Positions 20,171-29,388 of a stretch of DNA of 64,000 nt are shown in pieces. The position numbers and the translations under genes were made by a program. The notes beneath the pieces were generated by a model that had not been told where the DNA came from, did no database searches, and worked only from the letters and a program-made list of their open reading frames with translations. Position 1 is the first letter of the stretch; the number at the start of each line of letters is the position of its first letter. Source of the stretch: Candidatus Omnitrophota bacterium (lineage in GTDB: Bacteria; Ratteibacteria; UBA8468; MWAK01); assembly GCA_043797665.1 (NCBI GenBank), contig JAZDPL010000058.1:5198-69197 (forward strand). Direction: 5' to 3'.

Positions 20171-21373
20171 ATGCCCAGATTCCATTACCTGTGTCTGAAT
20201 GAGAAGGGTAAACGTATCAAGGGAGAGATAGAGACTCCGGATTTAAACATCTGCCGGGCAGACCTGAAAAAAAAAGGATTCTTCCCGATTAAAATTTCGG
20301 CTGGCGAGGCTGCAAAAAAACCTTTATTCCCCCGGTGGCAAAAAAGGAATCCCCAGGAACTCATCGGAGTTTTACGCCAATTGGCTTCTTTAATCTCCAG
20401 CCATATTCCGGTTCTGGACGCGGTGGAAACGGTCACCCCCCAAATTAAAGAACCTGGCCTTGTCCAGACATTTCTAAATCTGGCTGAATCCCTACGCCGG
20501 GGAAATCTTTTCTCCGAATCCTTACGCCGGGAAAAAATATTCCCGGAGAACCTGCCGGAATTGGTTGCGGTCTCGGAAGCCACCGGGACACTGGGCCTGG
20601 TTCTTTCTGAATTTGCCCGTTCCCAGGAAACCGCTCTGAGTCTGCGGCGCCGGATGGTTACCAATCTCATTTATCCTTTCTTTCTTCTCGGGGTATCTGT
20701 CCTCATCCTGATATTTCTCTTTATGGTGGTTTTACCCAAAGTCACCTCTGTCTTTGCGGAAAGCGAGGTGCCCCTCCCTGCTTTTACCCGTTTTGTCCTT
20801 TCGATAACCTATGGACTCCGGCACTTCGGCATCCCCTTCTTAATCATCGCCGGAGGAGTCTGCATAATCTGGCGAAAAAGTCAGACCACCCAGAAACGAC
20901 GGGAGTACCTCTGGCGGTTATTACGACGCTTAGCCTTTACCGCGGAACTTTCACGTAAATATTCGTTGAGTCTCTTTGCCCAAAACTTAGCCATTTTACA
21001 CAAAGGCGGCGTAAAACTGATTGAAGCACTCCGCCTGATAGAAAATATCGTCCCGGATAAAATTTTTCGCCAGGAAATCATCCGGATTGAATTTGACCTG
21101 AACAAAGGCGTTTCCCTGAGCCAGGCTCTGGGTAAAAGCAGCCTCTTCCCTCCTTTCCTTATCCAGATGGTGAGGGTGGGCGAAGAGACCGGCGAACTGT
21201 CGCCGATGTTAGAGAAGGTAGCCGGGGTTTATGCGGAAGAGGTGGAAACCGGTTTAGCCAGGCTGGTAACCCTTCTGGAACCAACCATGATTGTGGTAAT
21301 GGGAATTTTAGTGGGTGGCATCGTAGTCTCGGTCCTCCTGCCAATCTTTGAAATGTCCCGTATCATTAAATGA
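20171..21373 (+). CDS. gspF: Type II secretion inner-membrane protein GspF/PilC
   Basis: Two T2SSF domains, GEETGEL, LLEP; ATG at 20171 preferred. Confidence 0.92.
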   Translation: MPRFHYLCLNEKGKRIKGEIETPDLNICRADLKKKGFFPIKISAGEAAKKPLFPRWQKRNPQELIGVLRQLASLISSHIPVLDAVETVTPQIKEPGLVQTFLNLAESLRRGNLFSESLRREKIFPENLPELVAVSEATGTLGLVLSEFARSQETALSLRRRMVTNLIYPFFLLGVSVLILIFLFMVVLPKVTSVFAESEVPLPAFTRFVLSITYGLRHFGIPFLIIAGGVCIIWRKSQTTQKRREYLWRLLRRLAFTAELSRKYSLSLFAQNLAILHKGGVKLIEALRLIENIVPDKIFRQEIIRIEFDLNKGVSLSQALGKSSLFPPFLIQMVRVGEETGELSPMLEKVAGVYAEEVETGLARLVTLLEPTMIVVMGILVGGIVVSVLLPIFEMSRIIK

Positions 21374-21933
21374 AAGTATTGGGGATTAACGGAAGTCCCA
21401 GAATCGGCGGCAACACCGACATCATCCTGGACAAAGTCTTAGAAGGCGCATCCACGGCCGGGTCAACAATCGAAAAAGTAGGTTTGAATACCCTCAAATT
21501 TGTTCCCTGCCAGGAATGTTCACAAGCGCCAGATGACGGCATCTGCATCATTAATGATGATCTGCAGTCAGTTTACTTGAAAATAGCGCAATCCGATGCG
21601 ATAGTCTTAGCCTCCCCCATATTCTTTGGGAGTGTCTCGGCTCAAACCAAAATGATGATTGACCGTTACCAGTGTTTATGGCGGGCAAAATATCTCTTGA
21701 AGAAAGAACCGGGAACAAAAAGAAAGGCGGGGATATTTATTTCCGTGGAAGCCTCACACCGTCAGGATTTCTTTGCTAATGCCCGGTCAATTGTAAAAAA
21801 CTTCTTTGCTACTATAAACGCCGATTATACGAAAGAGTTATTAGTCGGCGGCGTAGCCGAAAAAGGAAGCATCCTTAAACACCCCGAGGTTTTGCAGCGG
21901 GCTTTTAACCTGGGGAGAGAACTTTTTTCATAA
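21370..21933 (+). CDS. Flavodoxin-family / iron-sulfur flavoprotein
   Basis: GSPRIGGNT, CQEC...C, ASPIFFGSVSAQTK. Confidence 0.85.
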   Translation: MKVLGINGSPRIGGNTDIILDKVLEGASTAGSTIEKVGLNTLKFVPCQECSQAPDDGICIINDDLQSVYLKIAQSDAIVLASPIFFGSVSAQTKMMIDRYQCLWRAKYLLKKEPGTKRKAGIFISVEASHRQDFFANARSIVKNFFATINADYTKELLVGGVAEKGSILKHPEVLQRAFNLGRELFS

Positions 21934-23236
21934 AAGAAATTTTTTCCTCTGCCTCTTGCCGCTCCGGTGCCTCGGCAAAAATTCTAATAATCGGTTCGGT
22001 GTTGGAAAACCTCACCAATACCCACCAATTCTTACCGGCGATACGAATACCGTCCCGCTGGTCAAACCCGCTTTCCGGAAACGCCCCCTTAATCCGTTGA
22101 ACCATCTCACCGGCTGAATAAGGCGGCTGTGCTATCTTATCTTTGACCAGAACGTAATCCGGCAGGTCTGCCACCAGTTCGGAAATCTTTTTGCCCCGCG
22201 TAGCAAGGTACTCCATAATGAGCGCCGCTCCCACCAGTCCGTCCCGGCCCAAATGGCCGGGCGGATAAATTACACCGCCGTTGCCCTCACCGCCGATTAC
22301 CGCCCCTGTTTCCTTCATCCGGTCAGCCACATAAAATTCACCTACCGGCGTCCGGTAAACCGGGACCTTATATTTTTTCCCCAGGTCTTCAATTACCATA
22401 CTGGTAGCAAGGTTGATTACCACCGGACCGGCTTGACGGGAAAGAATCCAATCAACACACAGCGCCAGAGTTAATTCCTCGGAAAGAGGAGTCCCGGCTT
22501 CGGAAACTACAGCCAGCCGGTCGCCGTCCGGGTCAAAGGCTAAACCCAAGTCGGCCTGAGTGTCCTTCACTTTCTCAGAAAGGTCAGTCAAGTTCTCCGG
22601 TCGTGGCTCCGGAGGATGGGAAAAGATTCCTGAAGGTTCACAATTTAGCGGAATTACCTCCGCCCCCAATCGTGAAAGAAGAGCGGGGGCGGCAAAAGCG
22701 GTAGCACCGTTTACACAGTCAACCACTACCCGGAGACCTTTCTTTTTAATCACCGAACCGTCAACCAATCTCATCAGACCTTCCAGATAGCCGGAAAGAA
22801 CGTCTCTCTGTTCCATTTGCTGGGCAATGTGCATGGACAGTGTTTCCGGTCTTTCTAAAGAAGCGTACCGGTAAACCTTATTTATCACTTCCGGCGAAAG
22901 AAAAAGTCCATCCCGGTCCAGAAACTTTAAGCCGTTCCACTCTGCCGGATTGTGGCTGGCAGTAATGATAACCGCACCGGCCGCAGAAATCTCCGGTACC
23001 GCAAATTCTATTGCCGGGGTAGGAATAACACCCAGGTCAACTACCGGATGACCGGTGGATAAAAGACCGGCGGCGACGCAGTGAAATGCCATTACGCCCG
23101 AGGGCCTGGTATCACGACCCACCACAATCCTGCCTTCCGTTATGACGGAACCAAAGGCAGAAGCCAATTTCAAACAAACCTCCGGGACAAAATCAACGCC
23201 GACCCTGCCCCGGGCGCCGGAAATCCCTTGTATCAT
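21905..23236 (-). CDS. glmM: Phosphoglucosamine mutase / phosphohexomutase
   Basis: TASHNP, DPDGDR, GGEGNGG, RFSNTEP. Confidence 0.88.
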   Translation of the reverse strand: MIQGISGARGRVGVDFVPEVCLKLASAFGSVITEGRIVVGRDTRPSGVMAFHCVAAGLLSTGHPVVDLGVIPTPAIEFAVPEISAAGAVIITASHNPAEWNGLKFLDRDGLFLSPEVINKVYRYASLERPETLSMHIAQQMEQRDVLSGYLEGLMRLVDGSVIKKKGLRVVVDCVNGATAFAAPALLSRLGAEVIPLNCEPSGIFSHPPEPRPENLTDLSEKVKDTQADLGLAFDPDGDRLAVVSEAGTPLSEELTLALCVDWILSRQAGPVVINLATSMVIEDLGKKYKVPVYRTPVGEFYVADRMKETGAVIGGEGNGGVIYPPGHLGRDGLVGAALIMEYLATRGKKISELVADLPDYVLVKDKIAQPPYSAGEMVQRIKGAFPESGFDQRDGIRIAGKNWWVLVRFSNTEPIIRIFAEAPERQEAEEKISFMKKVLSPG

Positions 23237-23237
23237 A

Positions 23238-23477
23238 TTACTTTTTCAGAATATCCGAGATGAATTTCACCGCGTTCCCGACGGTCTTTATCTGCAAAGC
23301 AGCCTCTTCATCCATCTCAATACCAAACTCCTCTTCAAAAGCAGCCACCAGTTCCAGACTTTGAATACTTTCGGCTCCCAGGTTTTTAACAAAATCCGAC
23401 TCCTCGGTAACCTTTGCCGGATCAACCTTCAATTGCCGTATTACTACCGCCTTGACTCTTTCCGTAACGTTATCCAT
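23238..23477 (-). CDS. Acyl carrier protein (atypical GAESIQ motif)
   Basis: 79 aa acidic; LGAESIQSLELVAAFEEEFGIEM...IKTVG. Confidence 0.88.
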   Translation of the reverse strand: MDNVTERVKAVVIRQLKVDPAKVTEESDFVKNLGAESIQSLELVAAFEEEFGIEMDEEAALQIKTVGNAVKFISDILKK

Positions 23478-23488
23478 TTTTCACTCCT

Positions 23489-24739
23489 TCAGCCCCTTGA
23501 TTTACGAACCGCCTCTAACCGTTCTTCTTTGGTCATCTCATGAACATAGGTAATTAAATCTTTTTCTTCCGGCAGCAGATTAACTTTCCTGCGGGACATT
23601 GTGGTTACTGCAGTCTCAATCTGGCTCTGCAGACCAAAACCTTTCATCACCTTGCCGCTGATAAACCAGGCAAAAGAAGGCAGATATTTCGGTAATAAAT
23701 AACCAACACCTACCACATTGCACATTATTCCGACTACGGTCCCGGTATTCAAAATGGTTCCGATACTGGTTTTGGTATGGTCACCGATAAAAGAACCCAC
23801 TTTTATCTCTCCGGTATTCATCAACTCTCCGCCGGAATAGACCGAAACCGCAGAATAATCGTTCTTAAGGTCGCTGTTGGTCGTCAGCGCTCCAAGGTTT
23901 ACCCACTCACCCACATAGGCGTGTCCCAGAAAACCGTCATGGTATTTATTGGAATGACCCTGGATGATGCTCTCTTCCACCTCCCCGCCAACCCGGCATG
24001 CGGGTCCGAAACTGCAACCCTCCCGGATTTTGCCTCCCACTATCTGACAATCAGGTCCGATATAGGAAGGCCCCTCTATTCGGGTAAAGGGAAAGACCTT
24101 CGCTCCTTCCGCTATGATTACCGGTCCCCCGTGGGTATCCAGAACCACCATGGGATGAATTTCCGCACCCGGTGCCACCCAGACCTCTTCTTTTGACCCG
24201 TAGATAACGCTCTCCGGCGCCATCCTGCCTGCTATCCCTTTCTTGCCCAGGGATTTAAACTCTTCTTTTATTGCCTCGCTATTATACTTTACCAGGTCCC
24301 AGGGATAATTTATCAGTTTTGCCGGTACTTCCTTTTCAGGAAGAAGGGCGACCTTTTTTAGAAGGGAACTCAAGTCGTCGTCAGCCTGAACTCTCTCTGC
24401 TGACAGATAGCCATAGAGAATCGTATCGCCACACACTCTCTGTTCTTCTCCTGTGGGAAGATTGAACCCGTCCGGTTCCAAAAGCCAGCGGCCATTGATA
24501 AACAGCAGATTTTCTTTCCCGGTCAAATTTTTTATCTCATTAACCGGTTTTTCATATTTACGTCGTAAAAGTGGTGCTAATTCCGGACGGCTCCAAAAAT
24601 AGATGTCATTGCCTAAAAAGTGTTTCTTGAATTTCTCCAGTAATGTGCTGGTCCCACACCGTAATTCCCAGACCGGTCTCAGGTAAGTAAGCGGATAGAG
24701 TTGTTTAGCCTTTTCATCCTCAAAAATCAGAACCTTCAT
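23489..24739 (-). CDS. GlmU-related sugar nucleotidyltransferase / left-handed beta-helix protein
   Basis: LYPLTYLRPVWELRCG N-domain; hexapeptide repeats; SNKYHDGFLGHAYVGEWVNLGA; ATG at 24739. Confidence 0.8.
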   Translation of the reverse strand: MKVLIFEDEKAKQLYPLTYLRPVWELRCGTSTLLEKFKKHFLGNDIYFWSRPELAPLLRRKYEKPVNEIKNLTGKENLLFINGRWLLEPDGFNLPTGEEQRVCGDTILYGYLSAERVQADDDLSSLLKKVALLPEKEVPAKLINYPWDLVKYNSEAIKEEFKSLGKKGIAGRMAPESVIYGSKEEVWVAPGAEIHPMVVLDTHGGPVIIAEGAKVFPFTRIEGPSYIGPDCQIVGGKIREGCSFGPACRVGGEVEESIIQGHSNKYHDGFLGHAYVGEWVNLGALTTNSDLKNDYSAVSVYSGGELMNTGEIKVGSFIGDHTKTSIGTILNTGTVVGIMCNVVGVGYLLPKYLPSFAWFISGKVMKGFGLQSQIETAVTTMSRRKVNLLPEEKDLITYVHEMTKEERLEAVRKSRG

Positions 24740-24757
24740 TATCTGTCCTCCACTTCC

Positions 24758-24788
24758 TGTCATTCCCGTATGTGGTTAACGGGAATCT
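24758..24788. repeat. GTCATTCCCG-family hairpin repeat
   Basis: TGTCATTCCCGT-atgtggtta-ACGGGAATCT. Confidence 0.8.
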
Positions 24789-24793
24789 ACACC

Positions 24794-25765
24794 CTATAGA
24801 TGTTTGGCCAATAGTGCGGTAATTATCGCCACTCCGTAAATATCCTTCGCTTTAGCACCCCGGGAAAGGTCATTGACCGGCCGGCGGAAACCCTGAATGA
24901 TTGGACCGTAGGCAGAGGCGCCGGCCAGGTACTGGGTCAACTTATAGGCAATATTTCCGCTGTCCAGGTCCGGAAAGGTTAAAACGTTAGCCTGGCCAGC
25001 CACCGGACTGTCAGGCGCCTTTTTGCCCGCCACGCGGGGAATCAGCGCTGCATCCGCCTGTAATTCTCCGTCAAAAATTATCTCCGGTGCCATACTTCGG
25101 GCAATCTCCACCGCCTTAATCACTTTTTCGGTGCGGGTGTGGTTAGCGCTTCCTTTGGTGGAAAAAGAAAGGAAAGCAACCTTTGGCTCAATCCCTAAAA
25201 GCCTCCGGCTGTTACGGGCGGTGGTCACTCCAATCTCAGCTAATTGCTGACTGTCAGGGTCAACGGCAGCCGCGCAATCGGCGTAAACTAAAACCTTGTC
25301 TTTTTCGCCGAAGAGTTCGCCGAAATGCATAATAAAGAAACTGCTCGGGATAGAAGATTGCGGCGCCAAACCAACCGCCAGAGCGGCACTTTGCAGAACG
25401 ATGGCCGTAGCCGAATCGATTCCTGCCACCATTCCGTCCGCTTCGCTTTCTGCCACCATCATCGCACCAAAAAAGATATTCCTGCGGCAAAGTTTTCCCG
25501 CCACCCCCGGACTGGTCTGATGTTTCCGGGCATAACCCTCACTGAACTTTTTCAGCCGATCTTGTTCCTTTTCCGGTTCTAAAACGGAAATCCCTTCGCC
25601 AAATGAAGAGACGGATGTTTTAACCAGAACTATCGGCTTTACTACTCTGTCTTTTGCCAGGCTGTTTACGGCAGACTGAATCTCCGGATTATCTCCTTCC
25701 GGAAAGACAATCCGTCGTCTCGGATTCTTCCTTACCTTCTCCGCCAATTCTGCTATCAGGTCCAT
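24794..25765 (-). CDS. pta: Phosphate acetyl/acyltransferase
   Basis: IVFPEG, LSFSTKGSA, DGELQADAA, FPDLDSGNIAYK, NDLSRG. Confidence 0.92.
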   Translation of the reverse strand: MDLIAELAEKVRKNPRRRIVFPEGDNPEIQSAVNSLAKDRVVKPIVLVKTSVSSFGEGISVLEPEKEQDRLKKFSEGYARKHQTSPGVAGKLCRRNIFFGAMMVAESEADGMVAGIDSATAIVLQSAALAVGLAPQSSIPSSFFIMHFGELFGEKDKVLVYADCAAAVDPDSQQLAEIGVTTARNSRRLLGIEPKVAFLSFSTKGSANHTRTEKVIKAVEIARSMAPEIIFDGELQADAALIPRVAGKKAPDSPVAGQANVLTFPDLDSGNIAYKLTQYLAGASAYGPIIQGFRRPVNDLSRGAKAKDIYGVAIITALLAKHL

Positions 25766-25872
25766 AATTAAATGAAACTCGAGAATAGTCAATTTTATTC
25801 TGCGTCAACCCCTATGATATAATACACCAAAAAGAAATATTCCGTCAATCAAAGGGGTTGCTAAATAATTAA

Positions 25873-26946
25873 ATGCGAATTTCTATCATTGCCACTGCGG
25901 GAAAAAAGGTGAGCGGCCAGACAAGGGTACTTCTGGAATACAGCCAGCACCTTACCAGATTTGGACACCAGGTAACGGTATACCGGCCAACAATCCGTTA
26001 CTCTTATAACCAGGCAGACGTCCGCCGCCGGATTAACCTGAAATTTAAAAAGGCTCTCTACCGATTATCCGGCCCGGCTATCCGGGGATACAGACTCTCC
26101 TGGTTCCAACCGGATTTTCCGATTCTGGCAATCCCGGAAGTTTCTTCACGGTATCTCCCTCCGGCAGATTTTATTATCTTCACTTCGCCGGCTTTAATTC
26201 CGCAAATCCCCCAATTCCCGGAAGACAGGGGAAAACCTTTCTTTATGGTACAATCAGGTTTCTTTGCTGAAAATCCAACACCTGTCCCATTAGAAATCAG
26301 CCTGATTGCCATCGCCAGCCGATTGCAAAAACATCTGAGCCGGAAATTCCCGGAGCGGAAAGTCCACCTTCTGGTAAATGGCATCAACCTGAAACAGTTT
26401 TCCAACCCGGACAAAATATTTAAGCCCGCCGAAGTTGTCGGAATGGTCTTCTATCAGAAGAGACCGGCACATAAAGGACTGGAAGACGGAATTCAGGCAT
26501 TTGAAACAGTGAAAAAGAATTACCCTCATTTGAACCTGCGTATGGTGGGTGAAAGAAGGGAAAGATGGCTACCCTCTTACGTGGAATTCTGGGATGGTAA
26601 TAACCAGGAAAACGTGGTGAAATTTTATCGTTCCCTTGATGTTTTCCTCTATCCCAGCCGGCTGGATGCCTGTCCCCTGCCGCCGATGGAAGCGCTTGCC
26701 TGTAAATGCGGTCTGGTGACCACCGACGTCAGCGGTATTTCTGACTTTACCGTTCCCGGAGAAACCGCTCTTGTCTCTCCGGCAGGTGCCCCGGATGCGC
26801 TGACTCGAAATCTGGCTTATTTGGCTGGTGCCCCTGACCAATTACGAAGACTGAGTCTTGCCGGCTACGAAAAGATAAAAGAATTTTCTTACGAGAATCA
26901 AGCCAAAAAATTAGAGGAGATTCTTAGGGGTTGCTCAACCCCTTAA
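25873..26946 (+). CDS. Glycosyltransferase family 4
   Basis: HKGLEDG, PPMEALAC GT-B motif. Confidence 0.88.
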   Translation: MRISIIATAGKKVSGQTRVLLEYSQHLTRFGHQVTVYRPTIRYSYNQADVRRRINLKFKKALYRLSGPAIRGYRLSWFQPDFPILAIPEVSSRYLPPADFIIFTSPALIPQIPQFPEDRGKPFFMVQSGFFAENPTPVPLEISLIAIASRLQKHLSRKFPERKVHLLVNGINLKQFSNPDKIFKPAEVVGMVFYQKRPAHKGLEDGIQAFETVKKNYPHLNLRMVGERRERWLPSYVEFWDGNNQENVVKFYRSLDVFLYPSRLDACPLPPMEALACKCGLVTTDVSGISDFTVPGETALVSPAGAPDALTRNLAYLAGAPDQLRRLSLAGYEKIKEFSYENQAKKLEEILRGCSTP

Positions 26947-28093
26947 GAATTTCCTCTAAAACCGCCGCCTGCTTTTCCAGGGAAAAATCCTGAATTTTCT
27001 GATAACCGGCCAGGGCAATCTCTTTTAACATCAGGGGATTTTCTATCAGAGTGATAACCTTTTCCGCAAGTAATTCCGGTCTTCCCGGAGGTACAACCAG
27101 AGCGGTTTTTCCCGGAACCGTAAAGTCGTCTATTCCGCCCACCTCAGTGGAAACAAGCGCACATTTGCAGGCAAGCGCTTCCATCGGCGGGTTGGGACAG
27201 GATTCAATCCGGCTGGGGAAGAGACAGATATCCAGCGAACAATAAAAATCAACCAGTCTCCTCTGTTCATACTCATTCCAGAATTCAATAAAGTCCACGT
27301 CCGGCAACCATTCTTCCTGAAATAAGCGCGGATAAAAATGAGTACGAGAGACGTTCCGGAATTCAATAAAGTCCGGCAACCATTCTTCTCTCCGGAAGCC
27401 GGCAGACCGGAATTTGAGGTGCGGGTACTTCCGGTGTATTAACTGCAAAGCGGCCACTCCGTCATCCATGCCCCGGTAGGTCCGCCTTCCCTGGCGGAAG
27501 AGCATGCCGATAACTTCCGCCGGTTTGAAAATTCTTTCCGGATAGGAAAAAAAGTTTGTATTAACCCCGTTTACACAAACAAAAAATTTTCTTTCGGGAA
27601 ATCTTTCCGACAACAAACTTTTATCCAGAGAAGATATGGCTATCAAAGGTATCTCCACCGGCAGATGGGCAATAAAAGAACTGCTGGAAACTACGTCACT
27701 GACCCGCATTACTGGGCGGCCTTTCCGGTCAGGAATCCGGGTAAGAACAGAAACCGGCAAAGGCGTACTGAACAAGAGAATATCCGCATCCGGCAAATAC
27801 TTTTCCGCCAGAGACGGTACGATAATAAATTCTGCTTTAGAGTGGAACCAGGGAACCCGGTAATCTCTCACCTCCGGTCCGGATATCCGGTGCGCCAATC
27901 GCTTTAGACCCTTCTTACTCTGCCGGTAAATTCTCTCCCGGAGTCCCTTTGGCATCCGCCACGACTTTTCACCTAATGACTTTATCAGCGTGACCTGATG
28001 TGACCGCAAGACTAAATGATTGGCATACTCAAAGAGCATCCGGTGGGTACCGGAAGGCATCCTGCCCGCTGTGGTAAGAATATTTATCTTCAT
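26924..28093 (-). CDS. Glycosyltransferase family 4 (paralog of 25873-26946)
   Basis: MKINILTTAG start at 28093; ESCPNPPMEALACKC; shares IFKPAEV.GM and DFTVPG.TALV with its neighbour. Confidence 0.88.
   Translation of the reverse strand: MKINILTTAGRMPSGTHRMLFEYANHLVLRSHQVTLIKSLGEKSWRMPKGLRERIYRQSKKGLKRLAHRISGPEVRDYRVPWFHSKAEFIIVPSLAEKYLPDADILLFSTPLPVSVLTRIPDRKGRPVMRVSDVVSSSSFIAHLPVEIPLIAISSLDKSLLSERFPERKFFVCVNGVNTNFFSYPERIFKPAEVIGMLFRQGRRTYRGMDDGVAALQLIHRKYPHLKFRSAGFRREEWLPDFIEFRNVSRTHFYPRLFQEEWLPDVDFIEFWNEYEQRRLVDFYCSLDICLFPSRIESCPNPPMEALACKCALVSTEVGGIDDFTVPGKTALVVPPGRPELLAEKVITLIENPLMLKEIALAGYQKIQDFSLEKQAAVLEEILKGLSNP
26927..26942. mobile_element. Minimal GGGGTTG-TIR remnant flanked by TTA/TTA
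   Basis: tta-GGGGTTGCTCAACCCC-tta at the overlap of two convergent GT genes. Confidence 0.65.
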
Positions 28094-29388
28094 TTTGCCG
28101 AATCTAAAATCCTTGCAAATTTCTGCGCCATCGTTCTCTGGCTGTACTTCATAATTACCTCTCTTCTTCCCTGGTAAATTACCCGGCCGGTCTTTTTCCA
28201 CTCCTGATACCATTCCCACACCCTGTTTTTAACCGTTTCTTTGTCCGGGCAGTGAACGCCGGCCCCGGTCTCAGAAAGCATTTCTTTGACCACTCCTCCG
28301 TAACCGCCGATAGCCAGAATCGGCCGGCCAGCGGCCAGGTACTCAAATACTTTAGCGGTATAAACACCCTCCTCTTTCGGGTCATCCCGGTTCAAAAGAA
28401 GGAGAATTTGCGATGTCCGCTGACATTTCAACGCCTCTTCTCTCAGCACCCTACCCTGCTGACTCACCACACCTTTCAAACCATAATCCAAGATTAGGCT
28501 CTCCAATCCTTTAGCCGGTGGACCATAGAAGTTAACTTTTACCTCGTTCGGTCCTATCTTTCCCTGGCTGAATAGTTCTTTCAAAGCGACAAAGAGCGGT
28601 TCCGGATTCCTCTTTCCCGCGTAGGTACTGCCGGTATAGGTTATGGTGAAATCCGGCTGGAGTTCTCTTTCGCCTTCCACAAATTCGTCCGGGTCAAAAC
28701 CGTTGGGAATTCCAAAAGACTGTCGGTGATGAAAATCCTCTAATCGTTGCGCCAGCGGATTGGAAACGGTTATCAAAGCATCCGCGTTGGCAAGCGTTTT
28801 TTTCTCTAACCCGGCTTCAAAATATCTCCTTATTCCTTGATGGCGGTAATAAGGGTCGAGCGTCCACAGGTCACGAAAATCAGCCGTCCAGAAGAGAAAC
28901 GGGTATTCTTTTTTCAACTGGGAAGCAACCAGATGGCAGGTTACCGGTCCGGAGATACTGACCATGGCAAGCGGTTTTTCCTGCTTAATAATAGCGCGGC
29001 CTGCCGTCAACGCAAATATCTTCCAGCCAACTTTGCTGTCAGGAAATGGTACTGTTTCCCGGAAATAGGAGCCGAGGGATTTCCCTGGTACCGGCTTGGC
29101 AACTCTCTCGTTGTGCTGACATTCCTGTAATCTTGCTTTGAGTCCTGCATCTCCCCTGCGCCAGATACGCATCCTTTCCCTTAAAGGAGGCACGGTCTCA
29201 ATGACCCGGAAAGAAGGTTCCGGATTCGCCGGCAGGAGTGGAGTGAGAACAACCGGTTCCCAGCCGGTTTCCGGTAAGTACTTAGCCAGACCCCTGGCCC
29301 GTAAGGAACCTACGTCTCTCTTGGGTGGAAAGAAGTAGGTAATAATTAAAACCTTCTTTCTTTTTTCACCCTGACAACAATCTTTCAT
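28090..29388 (-). CDS. Glycosyltransferase family 4
   Basis: ITYFFPP, DFRDLW, KVFEYLAAGRPIL. Confidence 0.88.
   Translation of the reverse strand: MKDCCQGEKRKKVLIITYFFPPKRDVGSLRARGLAKYLPETGWEPVVLTPLLPANPEPSFRVIETVPPLRERMRIWRRGDAGLKARLQECQHNERVAKPVPGKSLGSYFRETVPFPDSKVGWKIFALTAGRAIIKQEKPLAMVSISGPVTCHLVASQLKKEYPFLFWTADFRDLWTLDPYYRHQGIRRYFEAGLEKKTLANADALITVSNPLAQRLEDFHHRQSFGIPNGFDPDEFVEGERELQPDFTITYTGSTYAGKRNPEPLFVALKELFSQGKIGPNEVKVNFYGPPAKGLESLILDYGLKGVVSQQGRVLREEALKCQRTSQILLLLNRDDPKEEGVYTAKVFEYLAAGRPILAIGGYGGVVKEMLSETGAGVHCPDKETVKNRVWEWYQEWKKTGRVIYQGRREVIMKYSQRTMAQKFARILDSAK

Noticed and set aside
20268-20276. Poly-A run in gspF as a phase-variation site
   Set aside because: In frame (Lys-Lys-Lys); similar A/T runs are common throughout the window
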